A stretch of DNA of 64,000 nucleotides, from assembly GCA_009914755.4 (NCBI GenBank), contig CP086569.2, positions 29,376,001 to 29,440,000 of the forward strand, given 5' to 3'. Origin of the DNA: the human T2T-CHM13v2.0 reference genome, Homo sapiens. Shown here one piece after another: positions 40,069-54,494 of this stretch. The notes beneath the pieces are model-generated. The model searched no databases, was not told the origin of the DNA, and worked only from the letters and a program-made list of their open reading frames with translations. The first letter of the stretch is position 1, and every line of letters begins with the position of its first letter. The position numbers and the translations under genes are program-made.

Positions 40069-43000
40069 TTCGAGTGGAATGGAATCGAATATAATGGAGT
40101 CGAATGAAATGGAATTGAAATGAATGGGATCGAATACAATGGAATATACTGGAATGAAACGTAATGAACTCGAATGTAATTGACTGGAATGGGATGTACA
40201 TGAATGGAATGTAATCGAATGGAAAGTAATCCAATGGAATAGAATCCAATGCAATAAAATCGACTCAAATAGAATAGAATGTAATAGAATGGAGTGCAGT
40301 GCAATGGAATGGAATGGAATGGAAAGCAATGGAATGGAATGGAATGGCATGGAATAGAATGGGACGGAATGGTATGGAATGGATAGTAATGGACTGGAGT
40401 GAAATGGGCTGGAAAGCAATGGACTCAATTTGAAAGCGCTCGAAACGAATGGAGTCAAATGGAATGGTCCGGAATGGAATGAACACGAATGTAATGCAAT
40501 CCAATAGAATTGAATCGAATGGCATGGAATATAAAGAAATGGAATCGAAGAGAATGGAAACAAATGGAATGGAATTGAATGGAATGGAATTGAATGGAAT
40601 GGGAACGAATGGAGTGAAATTGTATGCAGCAGAAGAGTATAGAATGGAATGCAAGCAAAAGGAAAGGAATGGATTGGAATGGAATGGAATTCATTGGAAT
40701 GGAAGGGAATGTAGTGTAATGGACAGGCCTGGAATAAAGTGGAATGCTACGGTCTCGAATGGAATAAAAATGTATGGAATGGAACGCAATGAAACGGAAT
40801 CGAATGTCATAGAATGTAATGGAATGCAACAAAATGGAATCCAAATCATTGACTGGAAAGGCTGGGTGTCGAAAGGAATTGACTACAATGGAATGGAATC
40901 GAATGGAATGGAAGTGAGTAGAATCGAACTAAATCGAATGGAATGGAATTGATAGGAACGGAATGGAAAGGAATGCAATGATTTGGCATGGAAAGGAATC
41001 GAATGGCATCGAATGGAATGGAATGGAATGCAATGGAATGCAATGTATTAGAGTGAAATGAACTTTAATGGAATGTACTCGAATGGATTCGACTGGAATC
41101 GAATGTTCTGGAAGTGAATGGACTCCAATGGAATGGATTCGAAAGGAATGGAATCGAACGGAATGGAATCTAATGGACTGGAATTAAATGGAAACGAATC
41201 AAATTGAATAGCACGGAATTGAATTGAATGGAATCGAATGCAATGGAATCTAATGAAACGGAAAGGAAAGGAATGGAATGGAATGGGCTGGAATGGAATG
41301 GAATCGAAACGAATGGAATGGAATCGAACTGAAGAGACTGGAATGGAATGCACTGGAATGGAAGGGAGTGTAATGGAAGGTTCTCGAAAACAATGGAATC
41401 GAATGGAATGGAATTGAATGGAACGGAATAGAGTCGAATGGAATTGAATGGAATGGAATGGACTAGAGTGAAATGGAATCGAACCACAAGGAATGGACAG
41501 GAATAGAATGGTCTCGAATTGAATGGAATCGTATGGAATGGCATCAAACGGAATGGAATGGACAGCCACGGAATGGAATGCACTCGAATGCAATGGAGTC
41601 GAAACTAATGGACTGGAATAGAATGGACTCGACTGGTACGGACTCCAATGGAATGGAATCGAATGGAAGGGAATCGAACGGAATGGACTCGAAGGGAAAA
41701 GACTGCAATGGGAAGGTCTCGAATGGAATGGAAATTAATGGAGTGGAATGGAATGGAATCGAATGAAATGGAGTCAAAAGGAATGGAATCGAATGGCAAG
41801 AAATCGAATGTAATGGAAGCGCAAGGAATTGATGTGAACGGAACGGAATGGTATGGAATCCAAAGGAATGGAATAGAATGGAATGGAATCGAATGGAAAG
41901 GACTCGAATGGAAATCACTCGAATAGAATTCAATTTAATAAAACAGGATCAAATGTAATGGAATGGAATGGAAAGGAATCGAAACGAAAGGAATGGAGAC
42001 AGATGGAATGGAATGGAACAGAGAGCAATGGTATAGAATGGAATGGAATCATCTGGAATGGAATTGAATGGAATGGAATAATATGAAATGGAATGGAATG
42101 GAATGGAATGCCCTTGAATTAAATGGACTGGAATGGAATGGACTCGAACAGAGTGGAATGGAAAGTGTTGAAATAGAATGGAATGGACTCCTTTGGAATG
42201 GTGTAGTATGCAATGCAATCGACTGGCAGGGAATCAAAAGGAATGTAATCGAATGGATTGGACTGGAATGCAATGGACTCGAATAGATTGGAAACGGAAT
42301 GCAAAGGAATGGAATGGAATAGTATGGAATGGAATGGAAAGGAATGGAGTGGAATAGACTAGAGTGGAAAGGAATGGACTGGAAAGCAATGGACTGGAAT
42401 GGAACTTTCTTGAATGGACTGGAATCAAACGGAATGGAATGCAATGCAATCAAATGGCATGCAATAAAATAGAATGAAAGAGAATCAAATGGAATTGAAT
42501 CGAATGTAATCGAATGGATTGGAAAGGAATAGAATGGAATGGAATGGAATTGACTCAAATGGAATGGACTAGAATGGAATGGATTCGAATGGAAGGCAAA
42601 GGAATGGAATCTATTGGAATGGACTGTAATGGAATGGAATGGAAGAGATTGGAACGGACTCGAATGGAATGGACTGCAATAGAAAGGATTAGAAAGGAAT
42701 GAAAAAGAATTGAATGGAATAGAACAGAATGGAATCAAATCGAATGAAATGGAATGGAATAGAAAGGAATGGAATGAAATGGAATGGAAAGGATTCGAAT
42801 GGAATGCAATCGAATGGAATGCAATCGAACGGAATGGAATCGAACGGAATGGAATAAAATGGAAGAAAACTGGTAAGAAAAGGAATCGAAATGAATGGAG
42901 TGGTATGGAACGGATTCAAAAGGAATTGAATGTAATAGAATGGAGTGGAGTGGACTCGAATATAATGGACTGGAATGGAATGAAATCACATGGAATGGGA

Positions 43001-43631
43001 ACGAATGGAATGGAATGGAAAGGAATGGAATCGAATGGAAAGGAATCGAATGGAAGGGAATGAAATTGAATCAGCAGGAATGGAAGGGAGTAGAATAGAC
43101 GGAAATGGAATGGACTCGAAGAGAATGGACACGAATGCTCAAATTGAATGGACTCGAATGGAATGGAAAAGAAAGGAATGTCATCGAATGGAATTGAATC
43201 GATTGGAATGAAATCGCATGGAATGGAGTGGAATCAAATGGATTTGAATCGAAAGGAAAGGAAGCGAATGGACTGAAATGAAATGGAATGGAATTGAATG
43301 GAAAGTAATGCAATGGAATAGAATGGAACGAAATTTCACGGAATGGAATCAAACTGAATGGAATCAAATTAATGGAATATAATCAAATGGAATGGAAAGG
43401 AATTGAATGGAGTAGATTGGATTGGATGGGATTGGAATGAAATGTACTGGAAAGGACTCGCATTTCATGAAACGGAATGGAATGAATTGGAACGGAATGG
43501 ACTCGAATGGAATGGAATGTCATGGAATGGAATCAACTGGAATGGCATTAAATGGAATGGAATCGAATGCAATGGAATGCTATGCAATGGAATGGAATGC
43601 ATTGGAATGGAATGTCCTCTAATGGAATGGA
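40069..43631. repeat. HOR unit 11 (3,563 bp)
   Basis: Landmark at 40069 and 43632. Confidence 0.8.
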
Positions 43632-46600
43632 TTCGAGTGGAATGGAATCGAATATAATGGAGTCGAATGAAATGGAATTGAAAGGAATGGGATCGAATAC
43701 AATGGAATATAGTGGAATGTAACGTAATGAACTCGAATGTAATTGACTGAAATGGAATGTACATGAATGGAATGTAATCGAAAGGAAAGTAATCCAGTGC
43801 AATAGAATCTAATGCAATAAAATCGACTCAAATAGAATAGAATGTAATGGAATGGAGTACAGTGCAATGGAATGGAATGGAATGGATTGGAATGCAACGG
43901 AATGGAACGGAATAGAATGGAATAGAATGGGATGGAATGGTATGGAATGGATAGTAATGGACTGGAGTGAAATGGACTGGAAAGCAATGGACTCAAATTG
44001 AAAGCGCTCGAAACGAATGGAGTGAAATGGAATGGTCTGGAATCGAGTGAACACGAATGTAATGCAATCCAATAGAATGGAATCGAATGGCATGGAATAT
44101 AAAGAAATGGAATCGAAGAGAATGGAAACAGATGGAATGGAATTTAATGGAATGGAATTGAATGGAATGGGAACGAATGGAGTGAAATTGTATGCAGTAG
44201 AAGAGAATAGAATGGAATGCAAGCGAAAGGAAAGGAATGGATTGGAATGGAATGGAATTCATCGGAATGGAAGGGAATGTAGTGTAATGGACAGGCCTGG
44301 AATAAAGTGGAATGCTACGGTCTCGAAAGGAATAAAAATGTATGGAATGGAATGCAATGAAACGGAATCGAATGTCATAGAATGTAATGGAATGCAAAAA
44401 AATGGAATCCAGAATCATTGACTGGAAAGGCTGGGTGTCGAAAGGAATTGACTCCAATGGAATGGAATCGAATGGAATGGAAGTGAGTAGAATCAAACTA
44501 AATCGAATGGAATGGAATTGATAGGAACGGAATGGAAAGGAATGCAATGATTTGGCATGGAATGGAATCGAATGGCATCGAATGGAATGGAATGGAATGC
44601 AATGGAATGGAATGTATTAGAATGTAATGAACTTTAATGGAATGTACTCGAATGGATTCGACTGGAATGGAATGTTCTGGAAGTGAATGGACGCCAAAGG
44701 AATGGATTCGAAAGGAATGGAATCGAACGGAATGGAATCTAATGGAATGGAATTAAATGGAAATGAATCAAATTGAATAGCACGGAATTGAATTGAATGG
44801 AATCGAATGCAATGGAATCTAATGAAACGGAAAGGAAAGGAATGGAATTGAATGGAATGGGCTGGAATGGAAAGGAATCGAAACGAATGGAATGGAATCG
44901 AACTGAAGAGACTGGAATGGAATGCACTGGAATGAAAGGGAGTGTAATGGAAAGCTCTCGAAAAAAACGGAATCGAATGGATTGGAATTGAATGGAACGG
45001 AACAGAGTCGAATGGAATTCAATGGAATGGAATGGACTAGAGTGAAATGGAATCGAACCACAAGGAATGGAAAGGAATAGAATGGTATCGAATTGAATGG
45101 AATCGTATGGAATGGTATCAAACGGAATGGAATGGACAGCCACGGAATGGAATGCATTCGAATGCAATGGAGTCGAAGCTAATGGACTGGAATAGAATGG
45201 ACTCGACTGGTACGGACTCCAATGGAATGGAATCGAATGGAAGGGAATCGAACGGAATGGACTCGAAGGGAAAAGACTGCAATGGAAAGGTCTCGAATGG
45301 AATGGAAATTAATGGAATGGAATGGAATCGAATGAAATGGAGTCAAAAGGAATGGAATCGAATGCAAGAAATCGAATGTAATGGAATCGCAAGGAATTGA
45401 TGTGAACGGAACGGAATGGAATGGAATCCAAAGGAATGGAATAGAATGGAATGGAATCGAATGGAAAGGACTCGAATGGAAATCACTCGAATAGAATGCA
45501 ATTTAATAAAATAGGATCAAATGTAATGGAATGGAATGGAAAGGAATCGAAACGAAAGGAATGGAGACAGATGGAATGGAATGGAACAGAGAGCAATGGT
45601 ATAGAATGGAATGGAATCATCTGGAATGGAATTGAATGGAATGGAATGGGATGGAATGGTATGGAATGGATAGTAATGGACTGGAGTGAAATGGACTGGA
45701 AAGGAATGGACTCAAATTGAAAGGGCTCGAAAGGAATGGAGTCAAATGGAATGGTCTGGAATGGAATGAACACGAATGTAATGCAATCCAATAGAATGGA
45801 ATCGAATGGCATGGAATATAAAGAAATGGAATCGAAGAGAATGGAAACAAATGGAAAGGAATTGAATGGAATGGAATTGAATGGAATGGGAAGGAATGGA
45901 GTGAAATTGTATGCAGTAGAAGAGAATAGAATGGAATGCAAGCGAAAGGAAAGGAATGGGTTGGAATGGAATGGATTTCATTGGAATGGAAGGGAATGTA
46001 GTGTAATGGACAGGCCTGGAATAAAGTGGAATGCTACGGTCTCGAATGGAATAAAAATGTATGGAATGGTATGCAATGAAACGGAATCGAATGTCATAGA
46101 ATGTAATGGAATGCAAAAAAATGGAATCCAAAATCATTGACTGGAAAGTCTGGGTTTCGAAAGGAATTGACGCCAATGGAATGGAATCGAATGGAATGGA
46201 AGTGAATAGAATCGAACTAAATCGAATGGAATGGAATTGATAGGAACGGAATGGAAAGGAAAGCAATGATTTGGCATGGAATGGAATCGAATGGCATCGA
46301 ATGGAATGGAATAGAATGCAATGGAATGGAATGTATTAGAATGTAATGAACATTAATGGAATGTAATCGAATGGATTGGACTGGAATGCAATGGACTCGA
46401 ATAGATTGGAAACGGAATGCCAAGGAATGGAATGGAATAGTATGGAATGGAATGGAAAGGAATGGAGTGGAATAGACTAGAGTGGAATGGAATGGACTGG
46501 AAAGCAATGGACTGGAATGGAACTTTCTTGAATGGACTGGAATCAAACGGAATGGAATGCAATGCAATCAAATGGCATGGAATAAAATAGAATGAAAGAG

Positions 46601-47734
46601 AATCAAATGGAATTGAATCGAAGGGAATCGAATGGATTGGAAAGGAATAGAATGGAATGGAATGGAATTGACTCAAATGGAATGGACTAGAATGGAATGG
46701 ATTCGAATGGAAGGCAAAGGAATGGAATCTATTGGAATGGACTGTAATGGAATGGAATGGAAGGGATTGGAATGGACTCGAATGGAATGGACTGCAATAG
46801 AAAGGATTCGAATGGAATGAAAAAGAATTGAATGGAATAGAACAGAATGGAATCAAATCGAATGAAATGGAATGGAATAGAAAGGAATGGAATGAAATGG
46901 AATGGAAAGGATTCGAATGGAATGCAATCGAATGGAATGGAATCGAACGGAATGGAATAAAATGGAAGAAAACTGGCAAGAAATGGAATCGAAATGAATG
47001 GAGTGTTATGGAACGGACTCAAAAGGAATTGAATGTAATAGAATGGAGTGGAGTGGACTCGAATATAATGGACTGGAATGGAATGAAATCACATGGAATG
47101 GGAACGAATGGAATGGAATGGAAAGGAATGGAATCGAATGGAAAAGAATCGAATGGAAGGGAATGAAATTGAATCAACAGGAATGGAAGGGAATAGAATA
47201 GACGTTAATGGAATGGACTCGAATAGAATGGACACGAATGCTCAAATTGAATGGACTCGAATGGAATGGAAACGAAAGTAATGTCATCGAATGGAATTGA
47301 ATCGATTGGAATGAAATCGCATAGAATGGAGTGGAATCAAATGGAATTGAATCGAAAGCAAAGGAAGCGAATGGACTGAAATGAAATGGAATGGAATTGA
47401 ATGGAAAGTAATGCAATGGAATAGAATGGAACGAAATTTCACGGAATGGAATCAAACTGAATGGAATCAAATCAATGGAATATAATCAAATGGAATGGAA
47501 AGGAATTGAATGGAGTAGATTGGATTGGATGGGATTGGAATGAAATGTACTGGAAAGGACTCGAATTTCATGAAACGGAATGGAATGAATTGGAACGGAA
47601 TGGACTCGAATGGAATGGAATGTCATGGAATGGCATCAAATGGAATGACATCAAATGGAATGGAATCGAATGCAATGGAATGCTATGGAATGGAATGGAA
47701 TGCATTGGACTGGAATGTCCTCTAATGGAATGGA
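43632..47734. repeat. HOR unit 12, rearranged 4,103 bp variant. About 185 bp of the 1,142 bp segment is replaced by a ~715 bp second copy of the unit-proximal segment.
   Basis: Landmark at 43632 and 47735. Junction A is at ~45640-45650: ggaattgaatggaatggaat|gggatggaatggtatggaatggatagtaatgg. Junction B is at ~46355-46365: gtaatgaacattaatggaatgta|atcgaatggattggactggaatgcaatggactcg. Confidence 0.8.
45645..46360. repeat. Displaced intra-unit duplication inside unit 12. It is a copy of the segment that normally lies ~290-1,015 bp from the unit start.
   Basis: Content and order match, for example, 6150-6870 of unit 2 (gggatggaatggtatgg ... gtaatgaacattaatggaatgta). Both junctions lie in short motifs that are near-identical at donor and acceptor sites: ggaatggaatggaat, and ggaatgtaNtcgaatggattNgactgg. 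Confidence 0.75.
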
Positions 47735-50700
47735 TTCGAGTGGAATGGAATCGAATATAATGGAGTCGAATGAAATGGAATTGCAAGGAACGGGATCGAA
47801 TACAATGGAATATACCGGAATGTAATGTAATGAACTCGAATGTAATTGACTGGAATGGAATGTACATGAATGGAATGTAATCGAATGGAAAGTAATCCAA
47901 TGGAATAGAATCTAATGTAATAAAATCGACTCAGATACAGTAGAATATAATGGAATGGAGTGAAGTGCAATGGAATGGAACGGAATGGAATGCAATGGAA
48001 TGGAATGGAATGGAATGGAATGGAATGGAATGGAATGGAATGGAATGGGATGGAATGGTATGGAATGGATAGTAATGGACTGGAGTGAAATGGACTGGAA
48101 ATGAATGGACTCAAATTGAAAGGGCTCGAAAGGAATGGAGTCAAATGGAATGGTCTGGAATGGAATGAACACGAATGTAATGCAATCCAATAGAATGGAA
48201 TCGAATGGCATGGAATATAAAGAAATGGAATCGAAGAGAATGGAAACAAATGGAATGGAATTGAATGGAATGGAATTGAATGGAATGGGAACGAATGGAG
48301 TGAAATTGTATGCAGTGGAAAAGAATAGAATGGAATGCAAGCGAAAGGAAAGGAATGGATTGGAATGGAATGGAATTCATTGGAATGGAAGGTAATGTAG
48401 TGTAATGGACAGGCCTGGAATAAAGTGGAATGCTACGGTCTCGAATGGAATAAAAATGTATGGAATGGAATGCAATGAAACGGAATCGAATGTCATAGAA
48501 TGTAATGGAATGCAAAAAAATGGAATCCAAAATCATTGACTGGAAAGGCTGGGTGTCGAAAGGAATTGACTCCAATGGAATGGAATCGAATGGAATGGAA
48601 GTGAATAGAATCGAACTAAATCGAATGGAATGGAATTGATAGGAACGGAATGGAAAGGAATGCAATGATTTGGCATGGAATGGAATCGAATGGCATCGAA
48701 TGGAATGGAATGGAATGGAATGTATTAGAATGTAATGAACTTTAATGGGATGTACTCGAATGGATTCGACTGGAATGGAATGTTCTGGAAGTGAATGGAC
48801 TCCAATGGAATGGATTCGAAAGGAATGGAATCGAACGGAATGGAATCTAATGGAATGGAATTAAATGGAAATGAATCAAATTGAATAGCACGGGATTGAA
48901 TTGAATGGAATCGAATGCAATGGAATCTAATGAAACGGAAAGGAAAGGAATGGAATGGAATGGAATGGGCTGGAATGGAAAGGAATCGAAACGAATGGAA
49001 TGGAATCGAACTGAAGAGACTGGAATGGAATGCACTGGAATGGAAGGGAGTGTAATGGAAGGTTCTCGACAAAAATGGAATCGAATGGAATGGAATTGAA
49101 TGGAACGGAATAGAGTGGAATGGAATTGAATGGAATGGAATGGACTAGAGTGAAATGGAATCGAACCACAAGGAATGGACAGGAATAGAATGGTCTCGAA
49201 TTGAATGGAATCGTATGGAATGGCATCAAACGGAATGGAATGGACAGCCACGGAATGGAATGCACTCGAATGCAATGGAGTCGAAACTAATGGACTGGAA
49301 TAGAATGGACTCGACTGGTACGGACTCCAATGGAATGGAATCGAATGGAAGGGAATCGAAAGGAATGGACTCGAAGGGAAAAGACTGCAATGGAAAGGTC
49401 TCGAATGGAATGGAAATTAATGGAATGGAATGGAATCGAATGAAATGGAGTCAAAAGGAATGGAATCGAATGGCAAGAAATCGAATGTAATGGAATCGCA
49501 AGGAATTGATGTGAACGGAACGGAATGGAATGGAATCCAAAGGAATGGAATAGAATGGAATGGAATCGAATGGAAAGGACTCGAATGGAAATCACTCGAA
49601 TAGAATGCAATTTAATAAAATAGGATCAAATGTAATGGAATGGAATGGAAAGGAATCGAAACGAAAGGAATGGAGACAGATGGAATGGAATGGAACAGAG
49701 AGCAATGGTATAGAATGGAATGGAATCATCTGGAATGGAATTGAATGGAATGGAATAATATGAAATGGAATGGAATGGAATGGAATGCCCTTGAATTAAA
49801 TGGACTGGAATGGAATGGACTCGATCAGAGTGGAATGGAAAGTGTTGAGATAGAATGGAATGGACTCCTTTGGAATGGTGTAGTATGCAATGCAATCGAC
49901 TGGCAGGGAATCAAAAGGAATGTAATCGAATGGATTGGACTGGAATGCAATGGACTCGAATAGATTGGAAACGGAATGCAAAGGAATGGAATGGAATAGT
50001 ATGGAATGGAATGGAAAGGAATGGAGTGGAATAGACTAGAGTGGAATGGAATGGACTCGAAAGCAATGGACTGGAATGGAACTTTCTTGAATGGACTGGA
50101 ATCAAACGGAATGGAATGCAATGCAATCAAATGGCATGGAATAAAATAGAATGAAAGAGAATCAAATGGAATTGAATCGAATGGAATCGAATGGATTGGA
50201 AAGGAATAGAATGGAATGGAATGGAATTGACTCAAATGGAATGGACTAGAATGGAATGGATTCGAATGGAAGGCAAAGGAATGGAATCTATTGGAATGGA
50301 CTGTAATGGAATGGAATGGAAGGGATTGGAATGGACTCGAATGGAATGGACTGCAATAGAAAGGATTCGAATGGAATGAAAAAGAATTGAATGGAATAGA
50401 ACAGAATGGAATCAAATCGAATGAAATGGAATGGAATAGAAAGGAATGGAATGAAATGGAATGGAAAGGATTCGAATGGAATGCAATCGAATGGAATGGA
50501 ATCGAACGGAATGGAATAAAATGGAAGAAAACTGGCAAGAAATGGAATCGAAATGAATGGAGTGTTATGGAACGGACTCAAAAGGAATTGAATGTAATAG
50601 AATGGAGTGGAGTGGACTCGAATATAATGGACTGGAATGGAATGAAATCACATGGAATGGGAACGAATGGAATGGAATGGAAAGGAATGGAATCGAATGG

Positions 50701-51293
50701 AAAGGAATCGAATGGAAGGGAATGAAATTGAATCAACAGGAATGGAAGGGAATAGAATAGACGGTAATGGAATGGACTCGAATAGAATGGACACGAATGC
50801 TCAAATTGAATGGACTCGAATGGAACGGAAACGAAAGGAATGTCATCGAATGGAATTGAATCGATTGGAATGAAATCGCATAGAATGGAGTGGAATCAAA
50901 TGGAATTGAATCGAAAGCAAAGGAAGCGAATGGACTGAAATGAAATGGAATGGAATTGAATGGAAAGTAATGCAATGGAATAGAATGGAACGAAATTTCA
51001 CGGAATGGAATCAAACTGAATGGAATCAAATCAATGGAATATAATCAAATGGAATGGAAAGGAATTGAATGGAGTAGATTGGATTGGATGGGATTGGAAT
51101 GAAATGTACTGGAAAGGACTCGAATTTCATGAAACGGAATGGAATGAATTGGAACGGAATGGACTCGAATGGAATGGAATGTCATGGAATGGCATCAAAT
51201 GGAATGACATCAAATGGAATGGAATCGAATGCAATGGAATGCTATGGAATGGAATGGAATGCATTGGACTGGAATGTCCTCTAATGGAATGGA
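47735..51293. repeat. HOR unit 13 (3,559 bp)
   Basis: Landmark at 47735 and 51294. Shares variants, such as the one giving SGIFHCIRSRS in the stop-free frame, with the head of unit 14. Confidence 0.8.
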
Positions 51294-54200
51294 TTCGAGT
51301 GGAATGGAATCGAATATAATGGAGTCGAATGAAATGGAATTGAAAGGAACGGGATCGAATACAATGGAATATACCGGAATGTAATGTAATGAACTCGAAT
51401 GTAATTGACTGGAATGGAATGTACATGAATGGAATGTAATCGAATGGAAAGTAATCCAATGGAATAGAATCTAATGTAATAAAATGGACTCAGATAGAGT
51501 AGAATATAATGGAATGGAGTGAAGTGCAATGGAATGGAACGGAATGGAATGCAATGGAATGGAATGGAATGGAATGGAATGGAATGGAATGGAATGGGAT
51601 GGAATGGTATGGAATGGATAGTAATGGACTGGAGTGAAATGGACTGGAAATGAATGGACTCAAATTGAAAGGGCTCGAAAGGAATGGAGTCAAATGGAAT
51701 GGTCTGGAATGGAATGAACACGAATGTAATGCAATCCAATAGAATGGAATCGAATGGCATGGAATATAAAGAAATGGAATCGAAGAGAATGGAAACAAAT
51801 GGAATGGAATTGAATGGAATGGAATTGAATGGAATGGGAACGAATGGAGTGAAATTGTATGCAGTGGAAAAGAATAGAATGGAATGCAAGCGAAAGCAAA
51901 GGAATGGATTGGAAAGGAATGGAATTCATTGGAATGGAAGGGAATGTAGTGTAATGGACATGCCTGGAATAAAGTGGAATGCTACGGTCTCGAATGGAAT
52001 AAAAATGTATGGAATGGAATGCAATGAAACGGAATCGAATGTCATAGAATGTAATGGAATGCAAAAAAATGGAATCCAAAATCATTGACTGGAAAGGCTG
52101 GGTGTCGAAAGGAATTGACTCCAATGGAATGGAATCGAATGGAATGGAAGTGAATAGAATCGAACTAAATCGAATGGAATGGAATTGATAGGAACGGAAT
52201 GGAAAGGAATGCAATGATTTGGCATGGAATGGAATCGAATGGCATCGAATGGAATGGAATGGAATGGAATGTATTAGAATGTAATGAACTTTAATGGGAT
52301 GTACTCGAATGGATTCGACTGGAATGGAATGTTCTGGAAGTGAATGGACTCCAATGGAATGGATTCGAAAGGAATGGAATCGAACGGAATGGAATCTAAT
52401 GGAATGGAATTAAATGGAAATGAATCAAATTGAATAGCACGGAATTGAATTGAATGGAATCGAATGCAATGGAATCTAATGAAACGGAAAGGAAAGGAAT
52501 GGAATGGAATGGAATGGGCTGGAATGGAAAGGAATCGAAACGAATGGAATGGAATCGAACTGAAGAGACTGGAATGGAATGCACTGGAATGGAAGGGAGT
52601 GTAATGGAAGGTTCTCGACAAAAATGGAATCGAATGGAATGGAATTGAATGGAACGGAATAGAGTCGAATGGAATTGAATGGAATGGAATGGACTAGAGT
52701 GAAATGGAATCGAACCACAAGGAATGGACAGGAATAGAATGGTCTCGAATTGAATGGAATCGTATGGAATGGCATCAAACGGAATGGAATGGACAGCCAC
52801 GGAATGGAATGCACTCGAATGCAATGGAGTCGAAACTAATGGACTGGAATAGAATGGACTCGACTGGTACGGACTCCAATGGAATGGAATCGAATGGAAG
52901 GGAATCGAACGGAATGGACTCGAAGGGAAAAGACTGCAATGGAAAGGTCTCGAATGGAATGGAAATTAATGGAATGGAATGGAATCGAATGAAATGGAGT
53001 CAAAAGGAATGGAATCGAATGGCAAGAAATCGAATGTAATGGAATCGCAAGGAATTGATGTGAACGGAACGGAATGGAATGGAATCCAAAGGAATGGAAT
53101 AGAATGGAATGGAATCGAATGGAAAGGACTCGAATGGAAATCACTCGAATAGAATGCAATTTAATAAAATAGGATCAAATGTAATGGAATGGAATGGAAA
53201 GGAATCGAAACGAAAGGAATGGAGACAGATGGAATGGAATGGAACAGAGAGCAATGGTATAGAATGGAATGGAATCATCTGGAATGGAATTGAATGGAAT
53301 GGAATAATATGAAATGGAATGGAATGGAATGGAATGCCCTTGAATTAAATGGACTGGAATGAAATGGACTCGATCAGAGTGGAATGGAAAGTGTTGAGAT
53401 AGAATGGAATGGACTCCTTTGGAATGGTGTAGTATGCAATGCAATCGACTGGCAGGGAATCAAAAGGAATGTAATCGAATGGATTGGACTGGAATGCAAT
53501 GGACTCGAATAGATTGCAAACGGAATGCAAAGGAATGGAATGGAATAGTATGGAATGGAATGGAAAGGAATGGAGTGGAATAGACTAGAGTGGAATGGAA
53601 TGGACTCGAAAGCAATGGACTGGAATGGAACTTTCTTGAATGGACTGGAATCAAACGGAATGGAATGCAATGCAATCAAATGGCATGGAATAAAATAGAA
53701 TGAAAGAGAATCAAATGGAATTGAATCGAATGGAATCGAATGGATTGGAAAGGAATAGAATGGAATGGAATGGAATTGACTCAAATGGAATGGACTAGAA
53801 TGGAATGGATTCGAATGGAAGGCAAAGGAATGGAATCTATTGGAATGGACTGTAATGGAATGGAATGGAAGGGATTGGAATGGACTCGAATGGAATGGAC
53901 TGCAATAGAAAGGATTCGAATGGAATGAAAAAGAATTGAATGGAATAGAACACAATGGAATCAAATCGAATGAAATGGAATGGAATAGAAAGGAATGGAA
54001 TGAAATGGAATGGAAAGGATTCGAATGGAATGCAATCGAATGGAATGGAATCGAACGGAATGGAATAAAATGGAAGAAAACTGGCAAGAAATGGAATCGA
54101 AATGAATGGAGTGTTATGGAACGGACTCAAAAGGAATTGAATGTAATAGAATGGAGTGGAGTGGACTCGAATATAATGGACTGGAATGGAATGAAATCAC

Positions 54201-54494
54201 ATGGAATGGGAACGAATGGAATGGAATGGAAAGGAATGGAATCGAATGGAAAGGAATCGAATGGAAGGGAATGAAATTGAATCAACAGGAATGGAAGGGA
54301 ATAGAATAGACGGTAATGGAATGGACTCGAATAGAATGGACACGAATGCTCAAATTGAATGGACTCGAATGGAATGGAAACGAAAGGAATGTCATCGAAT
54401 GGAATTGAATCGATTGGAATGAAATCGCATAGAATGGAGTGGAATCAAATGGAATTGAATCGAAAGCAAAGGAAGCGAATGGACTGAAATGAAA
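51294..54494. repeat. HOR unit 14. Its 3' end is truncated by the first of three identical ~710 bp deletions.
   Basis: The landmark is at 51294. The next ttcgagtgg landmark is missing. The junction ggactgaaatgaaatgg|actcaaattgaaagggctcg is at ~54491-54500. Confidence 0.8.
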
